From: an uncultured Bacteroidales bacterium
Lineage (GTDB): Bacteria; Bacteroidota; Bacteroidia; Bacteroidales; Bacteroidaceae
Assembly: GCA_902775385.1 (NCBI GenBank)
Contig: CACYMI010000001.1
Coordinates: 22,442 to 86,441, forward strand
DNA: 64,000 bases
Direction: 5' to 3'
Under the pieces are notes generated by a model. That model saw only the letters and a program-made list of their open reading frames with translations. It had not been told where the DNA came from and searched no databases. Below, piece after piece: positions 30,086 through 38,430 of the stretch (within the stretch, counting starts at the first letter, position 1; each line of letters opens with the position of its first letter). The position numbers and the translations under genes were made by a program.

Positions 30086-31693
30086 ATGAAGAAGATAAAA
30101 ACACATCTCCTGATGCTGTTGCTTATGCCCCTGTCACTGATGGCAGAAGTCAACATCATCCCCCAACCCACCCGTGTAACGGAAAAAGCCGGCTCCTTTG
30201 TGATAAGACGCAATGCAACCATTGCCTATAACCACAAAAGCCTGCAGCCTGCAGCAGCATACCTGCAGGAGAAACTTCAGCCTGCCACAGGATACAGCCT
30301 GCCCGTCAGCAAGGGTAAGAAGGCTGACATCATCCTGAGTCTGAATCCCAAATGCCAGGCAGGCGCCGAAGGCTACACACTCACAGCATCCGAGAACGGA
30401 GTCCTCATCGAGGCAGCCGGTTACCGCGGCATTGTCCACGGCATAGCCACATTGCGCCAGCTTCTGCCTTGCCAGATAGAAGAGACCACACTGCAGCCAT
30501 ACGTTACATGGAGGGTACCGGCCGTAGAGATTGAGGATGCCCCCAACTTTGAGTGGCGCGGCATGATGCTTGACCCCGTACGCCATTTCTTCACTATCGA
30601 GGAGACCAAGCGTTTCCTGGATGTTATGGCATTGTATAAGTTCAGCAAATTCCACTGGCACCTGGTGGACTCGCAGGGATGGCGACTGGAGATCAGGCAA
30701 TACCCCCTGCTGACCAGCGAGGGCGCCTTCCGGTTCCCCGAGGACGAGCATTGGGACAGGCGCTGCAACGAGATAGCTGTGAAGGATAACAACCCATGTA
30801 TGAAAGTGCCCATGACGGGAGAATTCACCCGCGTCAAGGACGGAAGACTGCAATATGGAGGGTTCTACACCCAGGATGAGGTCAGAGAACTGGTACAGTA
30901 TGCACTGGTAAGGGGCATAGACATCATACCGGAATTTGATGTGCCCGGCCATAGCTACGCCGCTACCAAGTGCTACCCCTGGCTCTCCTGTTCGGGCGAC
31001 GGACGCGATCCCATCTGCGTAGGGAAGGACACCTCGCTGGAATTCTGCCGCAATGTCTATAAGGAAATCTTCCAGCTCTTCCCCAACGAGTACGTTGAGA
31101 TTGGAGGCGATGAGGTAAACCGCTCAGCCTGGAGGAAATGCCCCGACTGCCAGAAGCGCATACAGGACCAGGGGCTGAAGAACGAGGCCGAGCTGCAGTC
31201 CTGGTTCACCTGCACCATGGAGAAGTACTTCAATGAGAACGGCAAGAAACTCATCGGATGGGACGAGATTCTGGAAGGCGGTGTCAGCAAGTCAGCCACA
31301 GTGAACTGGTGGCGCGGCGACCATACTGATGTGGTACAGCGCTCTACCAGCGGCGGCAACGAGGTTATACTCTGCCCCTTCACATTCTGTTATTTCGACT
31401 ATGCTCAGAATGACAGCACACTACAGAAACTTTATACCGGTGACATAGTACCCACCGGCCTAAGTGCAGAGCAGCTGAGACTGATCAAGGGTATGCAGGG
31501 CAACATCTGGTGCGAACGCATCCCCACCGAGGCCCAGATGCAGTACATGGTATTCCCACGGGCACTGGCTCTGGCCGAGAAGGCTTGGACCCCTAACAGC
31601 CAGCAGGACTGGAACAAATTCTATCCGCGGCTGCTGAAGCATGTGGACCGCTTGAAAACCATGGGAATAGTTCAACGGCCCTTGGAAGAGTAA
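30086..31693 (+). CDS. GH20 beta-N-acetylhexosaminidase (secreted)
   Basis: Signal peptide. GH20 motifs IEDAPNFEWRGMMLD and KFHWHLVDSQGWRLEI, and the catalytic pair in IGGDEV. Confidence 0.92.
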   Translation: MKKIKTHLLMLLLMPLSLMAEVNIIPQPTRVTEKAGSFVIRRNATIAYNHKSLQPAAAYLQEKLQPATGYSLPVSKGKKADIILSLNPKCQAGAEGYTLTASENGVLIEAAGYRGIVHGIATLRQLLPCQIEETTLQPYVTWRVPAVEIEDAPNFEWRGMMLDPVRHFFTIEETKRFLDVMALYKFSKFHWHLVDSQGWRLEIRQYPLLTSEGAFRFPEDEHWDRRCNEIAVKDNNPCMKVPMTGEFTRVKDGRLQYGGFYTQDEVRELVQYALVRGIDIIPEFDVPGHSYAATKCYPWLSCSGDGRDPICVGKDTSLEFCRNVYKEIFQLFPNEYVEIGGDEVNRSAWRKCPDCQKRIQDQGLKNEAELQSWFTCTMEKYFNENGKKLIGWDEILEGGVSKSATVNWWRGDHTDVVQRSTSGGNEVILCPFTFCYFDYAQNDSTLQKLYTGDIVPTGLSAEQLRLIKGMQGNIWCERIPTEAQMQYMVFPRALALAEKAWTPNSQQDWNKFYPRLLKHVDRLKTMGIVQRPLEE

Positions 31694-31741
31694 CACTTAA
31701 TTCTGAAACACTATTCAAAATCCCGAATTCAGAAAAACGCA

Positions 31742-33859
31742 ATGAAAAAGTACAGTTTTTTTTCCTGTGTCCTTGTATCTGTTGTCTTGACAGTTGTAGG
31801 CTGTTCAGAAAAAGTGGATGACACCGCACGGTACGTTTTCAAGGAGGAGACGCTGATTTCCTATATGGAGAAACACAGCGACACCTACTCCGAGTATCTG
31901 GACGTACTCAAGAACACACCCGTCAGTGAAGTAAGCAAATCCACCATTTACCAGCTGCTGACGGCACGCGGCAATTACACCGTATTCGCCCCCACCAACC
32001 AGGCCATGCACAGGTACCTGCAGAGCCTGGTGGACGAAGGACTGATAACAGAGCCCACATGGGACGCATTCACCCTGGATCATGTACGCGACTCCATCCG
32101 TAAGGTCGTAGCCTATAGCAGCATCATTGACGGCGGCGACTTCCTGAGCTATGAGACCCACACCTTCCCCACACAGAACAACGGCGAGCTGCAGCTGGGC
32201 AATATGAAGGACCGCAAGCTGACCGTCCGCTATGTTGATCAGTACCCTGACAGTCTGTACATCAACTATGACTGCCCCATCAGCATCAAGAACCGCGATA
32301 TACCCGCCATCAACGGTGTACTGCACCAGATGGAGAAAGTGATAGCCCCCCGGGACCTTACCATGGCCGACATGCTGGCCGATATCCTGGATAACCGGAA
32401 GGAAGGATTCATGGTAGCCGCCCGTCTGGCACTGGCCTGCGGATTAAGGGATACCTTCAGCGTTGTGGAGGACAACAAATACCGCGAGATGTACCTGAGC
32501 GGACGGATTCCGGACTATGACGGTCAGGCGGTAGGCTGGACCTTCAAGAGCGGCAACACCGCCCCTGCCTGTGCACCCCGGCACCGCTACTACGGATTCA
32601 CCCTGTTTGCCGAGACCGACGACTTCTGGCGCAGGGAGATAGGTAAGGAGCCCGCTGACATCACCTGTAACGACATACAGCAGTGGATCCTGAAGAACCG
32701 GCAGTACAGCAGGGACGACGTATTCGAGGCCAATGAGGACTGGACTTCGCCCGACAACCTGCTGAACCAATGGTTCACCTACCATGTGCTGCCCATGCGC
32801 ATAGCAGCCAACCGCCTGGTATTCCATGTGAACGAGTACGGTTACAACCAGTCCCAGAAACAGCTTACCATCCCCGTGTATGAGTTCTATGCCACCATGG
32901 GCAAGCGCCGCCTCCTGAAAATCTTCGAGAGCAAGGAGAGCAACGGTGTTTACCTGAACCGTTTCCCCACCCTGGACAATGGCAGAAGGGGAACGTACCA
33001 TGAATTGTCCTGCGACCCGGACAAAGTAGGTAACCACATAGACAACTACTCGGACAACGTACTCACCTACCAGGCCCTGAACGGTATGATCTATGCCATT
33101 GACAAACCGCTATCCTATACCGACGAGGTACGCGAGAACCTGGCCAAGGGACGCATACGCTTTGATGCCATGAGTCTGTTCCCCGAGGCCATGTCAAATG
33201 ACCTGCGCAAGAAGGAGAGCTATGACCCGCGCGACCAGTTCGTACACTTCCCACCCAACACCACATACCGGTATCTGGACAATATGGATATGAACAACGA
33301 GACCCAGTTCGTGTATCTGAATGCCTACCAGTACAACTGGTGCAACAATCAGGAGGACGAGCTGAAGGCTGTAGGACATTACGAGATTACCATCAAGCTG
33401 CCGCCCGTACCCCGGCGCGGCACCTATGAGCTGCGCTACCGCGTCCTGCCCAACGGAGACCGTGGTATTGTACAGTTCTACTTCGGCCATGACAAAGAAC
33501 GGCTGGCACCTACCGGCATTCCCATTGACCTGCGAAAGGCCGGTACTGACCCCTACTATGGCTACGAGGCGGATACCGAGGATGACTTCCATAATATAGA
33601 GGTGGACAAGCACATGCGTAACAACAACCGCATGAGGGGCGAAATGAGCATCCAGAACAGTTCCGGCCCCTGCCGCACAGGAAGCCCCAACAACCTGCGC
33701 CACATCCTGGTGCGCCAGACACTGGATCCTGACAAGACCTACTACCTGCGTCTGAAATCCGTGCTGGACAACAGCCGTACAGAAATGTACATGGATTATC
33801 TGGAATGGTGTGCCAAGGAAATCTATGACAACCCCATAGAGCCCGAGGACATCTGGTAA
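31742..33859 (+). CDS. Fasciclin (FAS1)-domain lipoprotein (third copy)
   Basis: Lipoprotein signal (LTVVGCSEK). FAS1 motifs YTVFAPTNQAM and INGVLHQMEKVI. Confidence 0.75.
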   Translation: MKKYSFFSCVLVSVVLTVVGCSEKVDDTARYVFKEETLISYMEKHSDTYSEYLDVLKNTPVSEVSKSTIYQLLTARGNYTVFAPTNQAMHRYLQSLVDEGLITEPTWDAFTLDHVRDSIRKVVAYSSIIDGGDFLSYETHTFPTQNNGELQLGNMKDRKLTVRYVDQYPDSLYINYDCPISIKNRDIPAINGVLHQMEKVIAPRDLTMADMLADILDNRKEGFMVAARLALACGLRDTFSVVEDNKYREMYLSGRIPDYDGQAVGWTFKSGNTAPACAPRHRYYGFTLFAETDDFWRREIGKEPADITCNDIQQWILKNRQYSRDDVFEANEDWTSPDNLLNQWFTYHVLPMRIAANRLVFHVNEYGYNQSQKQLTIPVYEFYATMGKRRLLKIFESKESNGVYLNRFPTLDNGRRGTYHELSCDPDKVGNHIDNYSDNVLTYQALNGMIYAIDKPLSYTDEVRENLAKGRIRFDAMSLFPEAMSNDLRKKESYDPRDQFVHFPPNTTYRYLDNMDMNNETQFVYLNAYQYNWCNNQEDELKAVGHYEITIKLPPVPRRGTYELRYRVLPNGDRGIVQFYFGHDKERLAPTGIPIDLRKAGTDPYYGYEADTEDDFHNIEVDKHMRNNNRMRGEMSIQNSSGPCRTGSPNNLRHILVRQTLDPDKTYYLRLKSVLDNSRTEMYMDYLEWCAKEIYDNPIEPEDIW

Positions 33860-33891
33860 AGCCCTGTTTTGCAGTCTCCGGAGGTTGCACG

Positions 33892-33935
33892 TGCAGCCCC
33901 CTCGAGTGTACATGTGTAACCTCGAGGGGGCTGCA
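33892..33935 (+). terminator. Strong GC-rich hairpin after the fasciclin gene (possible terminator, no U-tract)
   Basis: Perfect 15-bp stem TGCAGCCCCCTCGAG / CTCGAGGGGGCTGCA with a 14-nt loop. Confidence 0.5.
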
Positions 33936-34244
33936 AACGCAGGCTCGCGTACCTGTTTTCCGAAGACGGTGGAACTCTTACAGAAATATGCCTGCCCCCA
34001 CTTTCAGCCTTACTCCAACCGACAGGGTCGGAGACATATCTTGTATTCTGAGTCAAAATTATTTTTCAAAAATGGCATATCAGCCTACATGCCTACACGA
34101 TTTTGCCATTCAGCCCCGATGGTTATCGCGTTTCTCGCTTTCGCAAGCCTACACAAAGCCTACACTAAGCCTACACGATGCCTACATTGTTAACGTCAAC
34201 GTCAACGGGAACGGGAACGGGAACTCGCTAACTGCTCAACGATT

Positions 34245-34290
34245 CTCCCTCTCCTTAGGAGAGGGCCGGGGTGAGGCTGTTGGGGTTAGG
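34245..34290. repeat. CCCTCTCC-TTA-GGAGAGGG hairpin element (intergenic copy)
   Basis: Perfect 8-bp stem 34247-34254 / 34258-34265, followed by CCGGGGTGAGGCTGTT. A near-identical copy lies inside the TonB receptor gene at 62213-62247. Confidence 0.85.
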
Positions 34291-34332
34291 CTTTTGGCCT
34301 GTTTGTAAAACATATGCCTATTGATTGTTCTG

Positions 34333-34416
34333 AAATTCTCTAGAGAATTTTCTGCTAATCAACGTGCAAACGATTGCTAATCAACCTGAATACCACAAAA
34401 TTCTCTAGAGAATTTT
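34333..34416. promoter_or_regulatory. Two perfect palindromes containing AATTCTCTAGAGAATT, about 65 bp apart (candidate operators)
   Basis: AAATTCTCTAGAGAATTT at 34333-34350 (18 bp) and AAAATTCTCTAGAGAATTTT at 34397-34416 (20 bp). Between them TGCTAATCAAC is directly repeated. A third copy, ATTCTCTAGAGAAT, lies at 34667-34680. Confidence 0.6.
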
Positions 34417-34758
34417 CCTCTATGCAGGAAGCATAAAACTTGCAAATGCGTTAAATGATTCTTGTTAACACGCTGTAAAGCCCCAAAACCATGTAGGCTT
34501 ATGTAGGCATCGTGTAGGCTTTGTGTAGGCTTACGGACGCATAAATCCCGATAACCATCGGTCTTCTACGCGATTTTGTGTAGGCATGTAGGCTTTTCTA
34601 TGAAAAATCGCAGGAAGAATTGTGCAGAAGACGGCGAAAAGTCATCTTCTCTAGAAAAATATCTCAATTCTCTAGAGAATGTATGTTTTTGCGCTTAAAA
34701 TCCAGCTCACCAGTATATACCTGAGTCATACATGCCGCCTCGTATGGCTATAATAATG

Positions 34759-34845
34759 TATTTAAGTTTCGGAAGCTGCGCTTCCTTTTAGGGGCAAGGG
34801 GCAAGGAGCAAGAGGATAGTTATACACTTGTGCTCTCCTTTTCCA
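34759..34845 (+). repeat. Copy a of a ~90-bp intergenic repeat family (TTTAAGTTTCGGAAGC hairpin + GGGGCAA heptamers + GGATAGTTATACACTTG)
   Basis: Near-identical to 43845-43936, apart from a few substitutions and one 7-nt (one heptamer) indel. A partial copy lies at 59309-59340. Confidence 0.9.
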
Positions 34846-34888
34846 TCACCCCAAAACCGGGGAAAAAGAGCAATCCGCCTTTGCAATT

Positions 34889-34937
34889 TGCACTATAATA
34901 GTGCATTTTATGCAATAATTTGCACAACTTTAGTGCA
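34889..34937. promoter_or_regulatory. Twin TGCAC-N7-GTGCA inverted repeats upstream of the ATPase promoter (candidate operators)
   Basis: TGCACtataataGTGCA at 34889-34905 and TGCACaactttaGTGCA at 34921-34937. Their centres are 32 bp apart, and they lie immediately upstream of the -7 box. Confidence 0.55.
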
Positions 34938-34944
34938 ATTTATC

Positions 34945-34952
34945 TATATTTG
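34945..34952 (+). promoter_or_regulatory. -7 promoter box TATATTTG for the AAA ATPase gene
   Basis: Exact TAnnTTTG match, 27 nt upstream of the ATG at 34979. Confidence 0.5.
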
Positions 34953-34978
34953 CAGCCAGAAATAAAATAAAAGCGGAT

Positions 34979-36151
34979 ATGGATACATCACTAACAGAAT
35001 TTATGGAGGGGCAGTTGAATCAGACAACAACCACCTTTCACCGTTATATGTTTGATAAAATCAGTTGGAATTCCCGCATGTTCGGACTTGTAGGTCCCCG
35101 TGGTATTGGAAAGTCAACACTTATACTACAGTATATAAGAGAAAACAGAGACTCCAGGAAATTATTCTATGTAAGTGCCGACCACCTGTACTTCGCCTCA
35201 CATACATTAGTCGATACCGCTGACGAATTCACAAAGGAAGGGGGCGAGCAACTATTCATTGATGAGATTCACAAGTATGAGAACTGGTCCAGGGAACTGA
35301 AGCAGATATATGATTCACATCCAGACTTAAAGGTCGGCTTTACAGGTTCGTCCGTACTTAATATTTATAAAGGCCAGGCGGACCTGAGTAGGCGTGCCCC
35401 CATTTTTGAGATGCAAGGACTGTCATTCAGAGAATATCTACAGCTATTCCACAAAATAGAAGTGCCACGCTATACACTCAAGGAGATTCTGGAGCAGAAA
35501 GCACGAATTGAAGGCATCAGTCATCCGTTACCATTATTCCATGACTATCTGCTAAGGGGGTACTATCCTTTTGCCTCAGAAAGTGACTTTGAGATAAAAC
35601 TACGCCAGGTAGTAAACCAGACAATGGAAGTGGACATACCGCAATTTGCCAACATGAACGCTTCTACAGGCAGAAAACTAAAGAAACTACTGGCCGTCAT
35701 TGCTAAAAGTGTGCCATTCAAACCCGTTATGGATTCACTGGCAACGATTATCGCTGTGAGCAGGAATATTTTACCTGACTATTTTCTTTATATGGAGCAG
35801 GCAGGGATGATAGGACAGCTTCGTGACGACACAGGCGGTATCAGAGGAATAGGAAAAGTAGAGAAGGTATATCTGGATAATGCGACCCTTGCCCACCTGC
35901 TGGGAAATGATTCTACAGATACGGGCAACATTCGGGAAACTTTCTTCTATAACCAGATGAGAGTTACCACAGATGTCATTAGTTCCAGAATCAGCGATTT
36001 CGAGATTGATGGTAAAACTTTTGAGGTAGGTGGGAAAAACAAAGGGAAGAAACAGATATCACAGGCTCAGGAAGGCTATGTAGTCAAAGATAATATAGAA
36101 TACGGCTCAGGTAATATCATCCCTCTCTGGGCCTTTGGACTGACGTATTAA
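34979..36151 (+). CDS. AAA_14/DUF4143-type ATPase (orphan)
   Basis: Walker A GPRGIGKST and Walker B LFIDEIHKY. Length and C-terminal region are typical of the AAA_14 + DUF4143 architecture. Confidence 0.8.
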   Translation: MDTSLTEFMEGQLNQTTTTFHRYMFDKISWNSRMFGLVGPRGIGKSTLILQYIRENRDSRKLFYVSADHLYFASHTLVDTADEFTKEGGEQLFIDEIHKYENWSRELKQIYDSHPDLKVGFTGSSVLNIYKGQADLSRRAPIFEMQGLSFREYLQLFHKIEVPRYTLKEILEQKARIEGISHPLPLFHDYLLRGYYPFASESDFEIKLRQVVNQTMEVDIPQFANMNASTGRKLKKLLAVIAKSVPFKPVMDSLATIIAVSRNILPDYFLYMEQAGMIGQLRDDTGGIRGIGKVEKVYLDNATLAHLLGNDSTDTGNIRETFFYNQMRVTTDVISSRISDFEIDGKTFEVGGKNKGKKQISQAQEGYVVKDNIEYGSGNIIPLWAFGLTY

Positions 36152-36247
36152 TGCCGTTTCCCCGGGAGAGAAACGTCTTCAACTTAGTGACGGCACATAA
36201 CCCTGCACCCATGTCCTTCACACATAAAGTCATCTGGAAAATGATTT

Positions 36248-37261
36248 TTACTTCCTTCTGAACAGTACCCAGCAGACAACGGGGGCTCCGATGAGGGCGG
36301 TAACGCTATTTACGGGCAGGGCACCCTCGAACCCCGGAAGTCGGGCTATAAGGTGGCACAGAAGCGCCAGGACAGCACCTGAGAGAAGCGAGAAGGGAAG
36401 AAGGAAGCGATGATCGCTGGTGCCTATAATTCCCCGACTGAGATGCGGCACAGCCAGTCCCAGGAAAGCAATAGGACCACAATAGGCGGTAGTAATAGCA
36501 CAGAGCATTCCGGAACTGGCAATAACCAACAGACGGGAGCGCTTGAGATTCAGGCCCAGATTGCGGGCATAGCTGTCGCCAAGAAGCATAAGGTTGAGGC
36601 TCTTGACCAGGGGAAGCGACAATAGCAGCAAAATGCCGGTGGTAAGGGCGAAGGGCATAATACGTTCGGGGCTGACGCGCTGAAAACTGCCCATTCCCCA
36701 TACTACGTATGAGCGGATATCCTCCTCCACGCTGAAAAACTTGAGCACGCCTATCAGGGCATTGGCCACATAGCCTATCATTACACCTATTATCAGCAAG
36801 GTTACACTACTGCTGACACGCCTGCTTACGCTAATAATCAGCAGCATGACCAGCATGGCGCCTGCAATGGCGGCAAACGTAAGGGCCATCTCGCCCACAA
36901 GTCCCATCTTGCTGAGAGCAACCCCTGCGATATTACCTCCTAAGAGCAGGACAAGGGCTACGCCCAGGGAGGCTCCGTTACTGATACCTAAAACCGTGGG
37001 GCCTGCAAGGGGATTGCGGAAGACGGTTTGCATCTGCAGGCCGCTGACAGCCAGGGAAGCACCGGCTAAGGAGGCTACTAAGGTCTGAGGCAGACGGCTC
37101 TTGAGAATAATATTGCGCGTAGTAACGGGAGCAGCCGCTCCGCCGATGAGCGTGTCAACGACATCGCCCACAGGCAACGGGACAGAACCCAGCAGGACAT
37201 TGGCTATCACCAGCAGGATGATAAGCACACAGACGGAGAAGAACAGTACACTACGCTTCAT
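36248..37261 (-). CDS. FecCD/BtuC-family ABC importer permease
   Basis: Polytopic membrane protein with the conserved motif GPIAFLGLAVPHLSR. It is the last gene of the riboswitch-controlled operon. Confidence 0.92.
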   Translation of the reverse strand: MKRSVLFFSVCVLIILLVIANVLLGSVPLPVGDVVDTLIGGAAAPVTTRNIILKSRLPQTLVASLAGASLAVSGLQMQTVFRNPLAGPTVLGISNGASLGVALVLLLGGNIAGVALSKMGLVGEMALTFAAIAGAMLVMLLIISVSRRVSSSVTLLIIGVMIGYVANALIGVLKFFSVEEDIRSYVVWGMGSFQRVSPERIMPFALTTGILLLLSLPLVKSLNLMLLGDSYARNLGLNLKRSRLLVIASSGMLCAITTAYCGPIAFLGLAVPHLSRGIIGTSDHRFLLPFSLLSGAVLALLCHLIARLPGFEGALPVNSVTALIGAPVVCWVLFRRK

Positions 37262-38430
37262 TCCAACAGTTTATAATAAGTGGGGGTGTATTCAGGCAGG
37301 AGCCGGGGATGGAGGATTTTAACGAAATCCGCCAGGAGCAGGTCGGGATGAACGGGGAACGACTCATAGAAGGGTGTCTGTGCCATATTGCTATAGATGA
37401 CGTGGCGCTGGCGGTAAGCCTTGAAATCACAGAACCGGCTATCCTGGCCGGCCAGCACATCATAGGTGAAAGTTCCGTTGAAACTGTTGCTGATGCGCCA
37501 GTAATCCACATTGGCTGCCTTGGAATAGATAGCCTCGAAGTCCATGTTCACGCCACCGACATCCTGATTATCCTCCAGCACATAACGGGCGCCCGCATCG
37601 CGGAAGATGGAGGCCAGGAAGCTTCTACCTCCCGTAGCATACCAGGCCCCTCCCTTCATATCGCCACTGAAGATGGTAGGACGGTCCTCATTTTTATCGG
37701 GACATTGGGCACTGACTTTTTCCCTCAGTTGGTTGTAGCTTGCCTCCAAACTGTCAAAATAAGCGGTAGCCTCCCTCTCGCGTCCCGTCAGGAGGCCTAT
37801 CACCTTCACCCACTCGGCCTGCCCCAGCGGTTCGGGTTCCTGATAGCCCATGTGAGGCATGATGGGCATACCACTCTCCCTGAGAACATCATACCCGCCC
37901 CGTTTGCTGGGCGAAATCAGGATAAGGTCAGGATTGGCCAGGAGTACCAGCTCATTGTCGAACTCACCCTCAATGCCGATCTTTACCGTATGCCCCTCGT
38001 CAATCTGCCGGTTCAGGGCCTCATTAAACAAATGCCGCGTGCTGGTAATGCCCACCACCCTATCGGGAATATTCAAGGCGATGAAGTTGCTCAGCTGCAG
38101 GGATGTCATACAGATAAACCTGCTCATGGGCACCTTAACCACCTCGTAGCCGTCAGGCACCTTCACCCCGTTATCAGTAGCGCTGACCAGAGCATACCGA
38201 TAGGTTGCGGCATACTGGTTCCCGCCATTGGTGATGGTAAGCAGACGAAGGCCGGGGATGCTGTCCTCGACGGAAAAGTTGCGGGCATATTTTACCTGTA
38301 TGGACTGAAAGCCGACGTCCCCGGCCTGGGAAGTACCCGCCTTAGGCCGGGTACAGGACATCAGAGCAAGGAATCCAACAAGATAAACTCCAGCTCGCCG
38401 GTATATATTCTTTTGCATGTCTGTAAACAT
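37258..38430 (-). CDS. ABC importer periplasmic substrate-binding lipoprotein (BtuF/Peripla_BP_2-like)
   Basis: Lipoprotein signal LVGFLALMSC and the cluster-A binding-protein motif NPDLILIS. An alternative start, MQKNIY, lies at 38418. The gene overlaps the permease by 4 nt. Confidence 0.85.
   Translation of the reverse strand: MFTDMQKNIYRRAGVYLVGFLALMSCTRPKAGTSQAGDVGFQSIQVKYARNFSVEDSIPGLRLLTITNGGNQYAATYRYALVSATDNGVKVPDGYEVVKVPMSRFICMTSLQLSNFIALNIPDRVVGITSTRHLFNEALNRQIDEGHTVKIGIEGEFDNELVLLANPDLILISPSKRGGYDVLRESGMPIMPHMGYQEPEPLGQAEWVKVIGLLTGREREATAYFDSLEASYNQLREKVSAQCPDKNEDRPTIFSGDMKGGAWYATGGRSFLASIFRDAGARYVLEDNQDVGGVNMDFEAIYSKAANVDYWRISNSFNGTFTYDVLAGQDSRFCDFKAYRQRHVIYSNMAQTPFYESFPVHPDLLLADFVKILHPRLLPEYTPTYYKLLE

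Larger units (their letters stand above)
34081..34596. repeat. Mosaic inverted repeat: about 107-bp arms, each carrying six GCCTACA/TGTAGGC heptamers, flanking a ~300-bp core
   Basis: Left-arm GCCTACA copies start at 34083, 34091, 34147, 34158, 34169 and 34180. Right-arm TGTAGGC copies start at 34492, 34502, 34513, 34524, 34579 and 34587. Conserved blocks are AGCCTACATGCCTACAC (17/17), CCGATGGTTATCG and AAGCCTACACAAAGCCTACAC (21/21), separated by diverged spacers. Confidence 0.9.

Noticed and set aside
33885-34308. ORFs 33885..34193 and 33988..34308 (102 and 106 aa) in the gene-free region.
   Set aside because: Their sequences are translations of the GCCTACA heptamers, the hexamer satellites and the hairpin element (for example LHKAYTKPTRCLH, VNVNGNGNGN, SLGEGRGEA). 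They overlap each other and have no promoter box or family motif.
34189-34490. An outward-facing promoter inside the inverted-repeat core, which would support an invertible-promoter switch.
   Set aside because: I found no TAnnTTTG match on either strand within the core. Inversion remains testable with read data, but the sequence does not by itself support a promoter switch.
34600-34698. A 32-codon ORF (MKNRRKNC...VCFCA) as a possible small regulator or toxin.
   Set aside because: It is too short, with no detectable motif. Part of its sequence is dictated by the palindromes it spans. It is kept only as a note under the palindrome finding.
33860-36151. An integrated mobile element or defence island.
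   Set aside because: No integrase, transposase, recombinase, toxin-antitoxin or known defence gene is present. No direct repeats flank the segment, and the nearest tRNA is about 7 kb away. Only the non-autonomous-element hypothesis for 34062-34612 is retained, as a finding.
36152-36195. A terminator between the convergent ATPase and permease genes.
   Set aside because: There are only short stems (CGTTTC/GAAACG and TGCCGT/ACGGCA) without U-tracts, which is too weak to call.
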